Assembly: GCA_963663405.2 (NCBI GenBank)
Contig: CAXXSM010000023.1
Span: 18,417 to 82,416 of the forward strand
Length of the DNA stretch: 64,000 nt
From: a bacterium
GTDB taxonomy: Bacteria > Hinthialibacterota > Hinthialibacteria > Hinthialibacterales > Hinthialibacteraceae
Direction: 5' to 3'
Positions 62,346-64,000 of the stretch are shown piece after piece (position 1 is the first letter of the stretch; the number at the start of each line of letters is the position of its first letter). A program made the translations under genes and the position numbers. Under the pieces are notes generated by a model, which did not search any database, had not been told where the DNA came from, and was given only the letters and a program-made list of their open reading frames with translations.

Positions 62346-64000
62346 CTATAATCTAGCGTACTGATTCCGGCCCGCCTTTTTAGCCAGATACATGGCCTGA
62401 TCCGCAGCATTGATTAAACTATCAATATCCTTACCATCCGTGGGATAGATGCTGATACCGACACTGGCCCCAACCCGTTGCTTTTCTGTCTTCCCCTGAT
62501 CATCAATTTGTATAGCTTGGCCAATGATATCAATGAGCTTTTGGGCCACATCATTGACAACATCATCATTTTTGATATCGGGAAGAACAACAACGAACTC
62601 ATCTCCCCCCATCCTGGCCACGGTATCTCCTTGACGCAAAATGCTTGTCATTCGCTGGGCGGTTTGTATTAAAACAATATCCCCTGCGTCATGGCCCAGT
62701 TTGTCATTGATCTCCTTGAATTTATCCAAGTCAACAAAGAGAATGGCGGCCTTACGCTCGCTTCTTTCCGCCTGAGCGAGGATTTGTGAAAGCCGGTCGT
62801 AAAGAAGCTTACGGTTGGGTAAATTGGTTAACGTGTCATGAGTGGCTATTTTTTCAAGTTTCAGCTCGGCCTTTTTACGTATGGTAATATCGCGATTGCT
62901 GGCCCCGCCGTCCTAAAAAACAACCCTCTTCACTAAATACAGGCCGACAAACATGCGCTATCCATTTTTCTTCCCCTGTAGCGGTGACAATCCGAAAATC
63001 AATGTGACAGACATCTTTTTCAGAGTATTCCCGGTTCGGATGTCCGGTCACTTTTTGCAAATCATCGGGGTGAACGAGTTTAAGAAGCAAACCGGGATCC
63101 TGTTGAAAAGCCTGGGGACCATAACCGGTGATTCGCTCACTGGAAGGTGATGTATAAATATAGCCGCCGTCAGGCCCCATCCAATATTCCCAATCATAAG
63201 TGAAGTCAGCCAATGTTCGAAATTTTTCCTGCTCCTTCTTGAGTTCGGCCTCCGCCTCTCTGCGCCGGCGCCAAGCATCCGCAGCCAGCCAGCAGCCGGC
63301 CCCCATTATGATTAGCAGGATGAAATTGGCCCCGATAAAGTGTATTAAGTATGGATGCAGATACGCATTCAGCGCATGGGAAGGAACATGGGACACCAAT
63401 TTCCAGACATAGTCTCTACTAGAAAGGCTTGCTGTACTCTTTGCATACGCCTCGGGCGAGCCAGTGCTGGACTTCAATCCTTCAAACAACGGATGGATGG
63501 TCACAAAACTGAAAAATCCTTCGGGGGAGACAACCTGGCCGCTTTCTTGAGTCGAGATTTCCTGCCACGCTTGGGGATAATGACGGGAAAAATTGTTATT
63601 CTCTTTTCCCGGAAACATGAATCCCCATTCGTCTGCTGACTTGGTTCCACGCAAATAGAAACCGTCTTGATTAAGCATCAGGATATTTCCGACAGTGGAG
63701 TCATCCAGTTTTGTCAGATCATCAAAAAGGTGGCTACCGAGAAAGTTGAGAATAACCATACCAGACTTTTCCCCATCTTTGTTAAAGACAGGGGTTGCGA
63801 AGCGAATCACCGGTTTTTTAGGCTCTTCCACTTCACCACGCTCAATATTGAGATCAAATGGAGAGACAAAGATTTCTCCTTTGCTCAAATTCATCGTATC
63901 CAGAAAATAATACCGCTTGGATTTATCCTGCAATTGGTGGCGTGGCACGACCATAGGCTTTCCGTAATTCCAGTCCACTCTAACCAATTCCATGCCGTTG
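62346..64000 (-). CDS. diguanylate cyclase with a Cache-like sensor, TM, PAS and GGDEF domains (5' end outside window; frameshift near 62905)
   Basis: RYYF, SPFDLNIERG, PVIRFATPV; PAS YTSPSSERITGY and VHPDD; HDTLTNLPNR, DLDKFK, RMGGDEF. Confidence 0.88.

Overview
Bacterial chromosomal window, probably from a diderm lineage of the PVC/candidate-phylum type (inference from the PilM-PilN fusion and hpnCDE; not verifiable here). Core genes: heptose-1-P adenylyltransferase, split transketolase, hpnCDE squalene genes, mreBCD-mrdA-rodA, smc, glnA with a sigma-54 promoter and a divergent enhancer-binding protein, polA-coaE-rho, an MsbA-like exporter with an ArnT/PMT-type glycosyltransferase, and a partial diguanylate cyclase. 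There is also a heavily frameshifted type IV pilus/T2SS-like locus (cohesin-like protein, PilM-PilN fusion, TPR protein, TPR-secretin). Accessory inserts include a PARIS-like ABC ATPase + TOPRIM pair inside the mre operon, higBA plus a brnT remnant and brnA, a PD-(D/E)XK nuclease cut by an IS1 remnant, a Uma2 nuclease and an AAA_14/DUF4143 ATPase. The most unusual signals are non-coding. (i) Eight copies of a ~90-bp repeat whose 12-bp inverted arms are held 34 bp apart (35 bp in one copy) despite a diverged interior; half of the copies lie in the pilus locus. (ii) A 501-bp element with 26-bp terminal inverted repeats and an 8-bp target duplication that encloses a DnaA-box cluster. (iii) Several REP-like palindrome families, one translated inside the MsbA-like gene and one nested inside the others. 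No rRNA, tRNA or CRISPR array was found. All calls come from reading motifs by eye; no database searches were run.
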